Shown here: positions 58,535-64,000 of the stretch, piece by piece
Layout: every line of letters starts with the position of its first letter
Numbering within the stretch: position 1 is the stretch's first letter
NCBI GenBank assembly: GCA_002269645.1
Contig: NIVC01000975.1
Span: 310,001 to 374,000, forward strand
DNA length: 64,000 nt
Direction of reading: 5' to 3'
Source: Macrostomum lignano
Taxonomy: Eukaryota
Translations under genes and position numbers: made by a program
Notes under the pieces: model-generated
What the model was told of the DNA's origin: nothing
What the model saw: the letters and a program-made list of their open reading frames with translations, nothing else
Database searches by the model: none

Positions 58535-60369
58535 TTAATTTTAAATTTGCTTAGCTGCTGGCTTTGCTTAAAATGACCAAACAACCCAAAGATTGGGGCA
58601 AATGAGACTTGCAATATTTAAAATTCAAAGTATAATAATAATGATAATATTAGGCCTAATAGTAATACTAATGACAATATCGCTTTACTCGTAACATCAA
58701 TACACAAGACTAAACACAAACAACTTCACAATCTTAGCTGTGGGGATAAGCTAAAAATTATTGACATGGATCTGTGTGGATAAACTTGGAATTATTGACA
58801 TGGCCTATATAGACTTGAATGGTGGCAGCTATATTTCAATAAGCTGCCATGATGGGGATAAGCTAGGAATTATTGACATGGATCCATATAGATAAAATTG
58901 GAATTATTGGCATGGGACTATGGGGATAAGAACTTCCTACTTATATACATAACAATATTATGAATTCAGTTTTGTAATTTTGAATGACAGATAATGTCAT
59001 AGGTCTTAATTGATAAAATAAAAAGGATTAAAGACTCAGCCTCAGGCCTAGATTTTTCAACTTTTAAGTTTTATATATATCATATTTTGCTTTGTCAATG
59101 TTATTGTTAGGCCTAATAAGAAAGAAATAACAAATGCATTGAATAGGCACATCTACACATGATCATCACATGTGACAGAAGTAGCCTAATATTATTGTCA
59201 TACACGATCACGATGCATATTATACTAATAGACTACCAGGCTTATGATTTACATTAATTTATGCATAGAATAAGACCTACAAATCATTAAATAGTAGCCT
59301 GCAAATCTAAATAATATTAAATTGGGTACTCAGGGCCAGGGGCAAGGCAAGCTATCAAGCTATGCTATGCTAACATTGCGCTTTTCTTCATTGAATTCCG
59401 CCAATTTCTACGAATTAAAATTTTCGAAACAAATTTATAAAAAACGTTGATAATAAAAAACAGTAATAGATTTCGCGCTTATAAGCTTTTTCCATAATTT
59501 AGGTAACTCTAGTGACAAAACAAATAAATAAAACAACTAAAAAGTATTTTAGCAGAGTTTGCATGCAGCATTCGTTTTTACAAATTCAATCACATTAAAA
59601 CAGCATAAACTGCTACTGGGAACCTTTAGTCTATTATTTTACGGTGTTTAACAAGTGAAACACAGCTTGCTGTTAAAACTATTTTGATTCCCAATGATTA
59701 GTAAAAAAACTAGTTTTTTATGATTAAAACTACTTTATAATTAAGCAGAAAAATTTTCTTTGCACTAAATTTTCACTGTACATATAAAATATCCTTTTTA
59801 AAATTAATTCTTTGCTTCGTGCTCAGGTATAACTTTCAAGGGCCTTTTATTTCCAGGGAGTTCAAGTCTTAAAGCCATCAAGGTAATTGATTTTTGTGTT
59901 GCTTTTTGTCTACTCATTCAATTTTTACTAGTTCATAGCACGGGACAGTTTCTTTTTGTAATCAATAGAATTAAGCAAAACCATGTTTCGACTGCCTAGT
60001 ATAGTCCACACTACTGATGGACTACTGATGACGATATTCGGGTGCTGGAAGTATTCTCCATTTAAAATGTTCGACATGGGTTTTCAAAATGTCTCTTATA
60101 GTTTCTAATTTAATCTCTTGATAATTTAGGACTTCATCCATACCTTGAACGCCTCTGAAGAATCTTGGAGACATTGCGCTGTAGCGTTTACTGGCGAAGT
60201 ATATGGAGAACTCTTCGATACTCAGAATCTCATAAAAACTCTTAAAAGATTTAAGTTCAATCCTATTTCTAGACAAACGCGCGAGAGCAATTAACTTAAC
60301 TAGTATTTTCATTTTTGTAAACATATTCTCTGTCCGTCCAACATCTAAACCATCATATAACCGTTCAGA

Positions 60370-63300
60370 ATGAGCAGCACTAACAATCAGCAGCAGAAGG
60401 ATGCAAGCAGCAGCAACAGCACGCAGCCCTCGCTGTCAAGCGCAGCCTCGGGTAGCAACAACTGCGCCAAGACGGAGGACAAGGCAAGCCAAGGCAAGAA
60501 GCCTCGCGGTCCCCGAGCTGGGAGCAAGCGTCACCAGCACGAAGCTGGTCAGAGACAGCAGCAGCGACAGCTGATCCGCTACAACCGGGACACCCTCCTG
60601 CAGATGCGCGACTCCCGCCTGTCATCAGCCTGGCCCAGGGCTCTGAACAGAGCGTACGTGGGCGACGGAGGTCTGTGGGACCCGGTGAAACTCTTCGAGG
60701 GAGAGCGGAAGAGCGCCTTCGATGGCAAGACGAAGATTGAGCGAGTCAGGAACGGTGAGACTTTCTGCCATTTTTCTCCCATCTTGCCTGATAATTAAAC
60801 TATGTTGATGCTGCAACTCGCTGATCATCATCGCACCAAACTGAAATTTCAGTTCGTGGTGCCGCCATGGTGCAGCCATCTTACAGCAGCGGGCCCAGCG
60901 CCGAAGACAGCCAGTCGTTTGGAAGGTCATCGAGACGAAGAAGTGAGTTATTTTGTTTTTCTTGGTTGAAGTGACCATTCTAATGCTTGCACTCCACATT
61001 CATGCATTATAGTACGTGCAGTGTTATTTGTGTGACAACGATTTAAGACATAAATTATAAGCTACTAGGCGTTGTGAAATTAATTCAACTAGTTAATTGC
61101 AAATCGAGAAGAGGGGTGGTCGGCGGCCGTTCTGACAATTTTTTGGACTTATTGTACACCCCGTTTGGTTAATAATAGTTGGCAGAGGGTGAGTCCAATA
61201 TTGATTTTTCCATCGCTAATTTATTATGTTGGCTGGGCCAATCAGACTGCCCTTTGGCACTAGTCATGTGACATGCTGACTCATACCACCATGCGACTTG
61301 GAAGGTACAAAAGGGTAATGCTGTTGCTTATAGATAGTGCTAGCTAGGCTGGGTTTAGGTCAGCCGATGACTACTAATAGATAAATTGAGCAAAGTACAA
61401 ATCACAAAAATTAAGAAAGAAAAACTGCGGGGTGGTTTTTAACCATGGATGAATGAATAGAATGGATTGCTATTCTGGCTCTGGCTATTTTCGTTTTTGA
61501 CTCTTTTGCATCCAGTTCCCCCCCGTGCCTTTTCATTGGTTGATGATTGCCATAGACAATTTTCGGCCTTTGCCCCTTTCTTTCAATGCACAAGCGCTTT
61601 CTTGTTAGTAAATAGAAGTTACTTGTGTTGAAATTGAACTTTGTTGAAATTCTCAGTTCTTTGCGCTTGTGCATCGAAAGAAAGGGGCGAAGGCCGAAAA
61701 TTGTCTATGGCAATCATCAACCAATGAAAAGGCACGGGGGGGGGAACCGGATGCAAAAGAGTCAAAAACGAAAATAGCCAGAGCCAGAATAGCAATCCAT
61801 TCTATTCATTCATCCATGTTTTTAACACGCAAAAATGCAAACAATACACATGGAGTGCGAACGAAATAACTGGACTTCGTGTTTAGACCAACTTGATTGA
61901 AGAGACTGAATAGCAAATGAGGCCCGTGATTAAAACTGTCTATGGCCCGGAAGTGTTTTTAGATGACTGATGACGGGAAGCCAAAGTCGAAGGCAGAACT
62001 ACATGCCATAGACAGTTTTATCGCTCAGCAGCCAAAGCTTTCAAAGCTTTGTTTATGGCCATATACACTTTGTGTTTCCCTGACCATACACGACAGCCTT
62101 CGTTTTCTATTTTTCACGAGCCCACATGTACATGTAGATCCAAGAAAATGATATAATTTACTTGGTTATGCATGGTTTAGCTTCCTAACGATGCAGTGCA
62201 CGCGAAAGTAATATAATGCGTGTTGAGCAAGTGTATTATAAGAAGTTAAATATTATGGCATCCTTCGAGTATTAGTGGGATGAAGTGTCTCCCAAGGCCA
62301 AAACAGCACCACGAGTCGTAAAAAGTTTGATAAAATTTCAAACAATCTCAAATACCACCTGTCTAACTCGTAGAACGCACCAAAGAGGAGGCGGCGTCTC
62401 CCGCGGCGTCTTCAACGCAAAGGCAGCGCGGGTGGCCGCCTGGCAACGCAGCGGAGACCCAGCAGGCGGCCAAGTCTGCAGAGCCGGCGGCGGACGGCAG
62501 GAAGGAGCCGCGGGACGACGTCGCCAGGGGCTTCGGACCGTCTCGGCTTGGCGGCGGAGGCTCCGCCGGAGGCTTCGTTCGCCGGTCGGACCGGCCAGCG
62601 ACCGCTGGGGGCGTCAGCGGAGGCGGTTTCGGCAGCGGCCGAGGAGGTCCGGGCGTTTCCGGCCGGTGGGAGCGAAGCCAAGGCCTACGCGATCCTCAAG
62701 GCCTCCGCGGCGGCTTCCAGCCTCCGCGACATCGGCCCGCCGAGGAGGAGGAGCTGCCCGCCTGGTTCGATGAGGGACCGCTGGACAAGATGGAGAAGCT
62801 GGAGTTGACGGGCCTCCCCGAAGACATGGAGGCGGCCGAGGGCGACGGCGGCTCCAAGAAGACGGAGGCCACCCAGCAGCAGCAGCAGCAGAAGAAGAAG
62901 CCTCTCGACGGACTCGGTCTAGGCAGCAGCAGCTTCGAGAGCGGCGGCGGTTCCTCGTCGCGCTTCGCCAAGTGGCTGGCAGTGGACGAGGCGTCGCAGC
63001 CGCAGCCGCAGCCACCTGCAGCAGAGGCTGGGCAGCGAGATGGCGCTCAGCAGCAGCTTGAGCGAATCTTCCAGGACATGCGCGGCAGGCACGGACATGA
63101 GACCAATCAGCAGCCGCAGACTGCACCGAACGTTGGACCGTCGCTGATGCACCTGCTCCGCCCGCCGCAGCCGCCGCCGCCTCCACCACCACAAAGGCCG
63201 CTGCACGCTCAGGAGGTCGAGGCGAACCTCAAGTCGATGCTGTTCGGCTCTGAGGCGGCCGCTCCGCCACCACCGCCGCCCGCCGCAGTCGCCGCTGCAT

Positions 63301-63932
63301 CTTCTGAAGGCTCCGCCATGCCGGTTCTGCCGCCGAACGGGCAGGCGCGGACGCTCGAAGAAATCGAGAGCAGCCTGGGCGCAGCTTCCAGCGGCTCGGA
63401 CCGCAGCTCCCGAGGCAGCAAGGACAGCCGTGCTATCTACAAGCTGATTGGCGACCTGCAGGTGCAAATGCACGACGCTGCTTCTGCCAGTTCTGCCGGA
63501 GGTCGCCAGGGCTCTGTGCCGCCTCTGCTTCCGGGCGGCTGCCATGCCCCGCCGCAACATCAGCAGCCGCCACAACAGCAGCAGCCGCCGCAGCCACCGC
63601 AGCAGCCACCGCAGTCAAAGCCGCTTCAGCCCACAGCTGCCCCCTTCATCGCTCAGCATCCGCTTCCGCCTCGTTCGCAGCCCCCGCCACAGCCGCCGAC
63701 GGCTCAGCCCATGTTCTCCTCTGGAGCTTCGTCGCATGCAGCCGCCGCCGCCGCCGCTGCAACCGCTCAGCGCCGTCTGCCGATGCCCATGCAGGCTCAG
63801 CAGCTGCAGCAACTGCAGGCCATGCTGCTGTCCAATCTGCAGATGCAGGCTCAGATGATGCACAGCAGCCAGATTTCTGGAGGCCCTGGAAACAAGGCTC
63901 ACACGCTCAACAAGCTTCTGCCTCAGGTTTGA
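60370..63932 (+). CDS. EIF4ENIF1: eIF4E transporter (4E-T); exons 60370..60754, 60853..60942, 62374..63926/63932, probably continues beyond the window
   Basis: eIF4E-binding YxxxxLphi motif YNRDTLL followed by GGLWDP; Cup-homology motif EEEELPAWFDEGPLDKMEKLELTGL; SSRFAKW. Phase-1 GT-AG junctions join all three exons in frame. A likely donor CAG|GTTTGA lies at 63927. Confidence 0.88.
61444..61818. mobile_element. MITE with about 153-bp TIRs and 8-bp TSD, P-element-superfamily-like
   Basis: Starts CATGGATGAATGAATAGAATGG and ends CCATTCTATTCATTCATCCATG. Arms are near-perfect around a spacer of about 65 bp. TTTTTAAC is duplicated on both flanks (61436..61443 and 61819..61826). Confidence 0.85.
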
Positions 63933-64000
63933 GCACTCTTGCATTTTGGTTCTCTGATGTTGTCATTTTGGTTGTCACTTGAGTGTTTTGCACCATTTCT

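Noticed and set aside
61960-62000. Hammerhead ribozyme core CTGATGA (also at about 2332 and 60034)
   Set aside because: No stem II followed by GAAA and no flanking stems.

Overview
Eukaryotic (metazoan) genomic DNA, not prokaryotic. It has GC-rich exons with poly-Gln/Ala runs, GT-AG introns mostly filled with locus-private minisatellites, and AT-rich intergenic blocks carrying non-autonomous DNA transposons. This organisation strongly resembles the flatworm Macrostomum lignano (inference). Ten protein-coding genes were rebuilt by hand with phase-consistent splice sites: FAM98 (-, partial); a 10-exon junctophilin (-, 1080 aa); a stripped-down ZMYND8-like PHD/degenerate-bromo/MYND gene (+); AF10/MLLT10 (-, with a 1-bp frameshift); a calmodulin-like EF-hand gene (+); two tandem carbonyl reductases (-); a small tail-anchored protein (-); a PTP1B/PTPN1-like phosphatase (-); and 4E-T/EIF4ENIF1 (+, probably partial). 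Most long ORFs in the supplied track are artefacts of tandem repeats. The most interesting signals are: (i) a PTP1B-like gene with about 163 Met-free codons after a phase-0 acceptor, suggesting its start codon is donated by the AUG-ending flatworm spliced leader, at the head of a possible trans-spliced operon; (ii) an RFX X-box cluster tied to a candidate alternative first exon of the PWWP-less ZMYND8-like gene; (iii) several MITE families with clear TIRs and TSDs, including a P-superfamily-like one; and (iv) a pervasive intron-minisatellite architecture whose units often contain hairpins. No CRISPR array, rRNA or intact tRNA was found. All identifications come from motif recognition by eye, not database searches.
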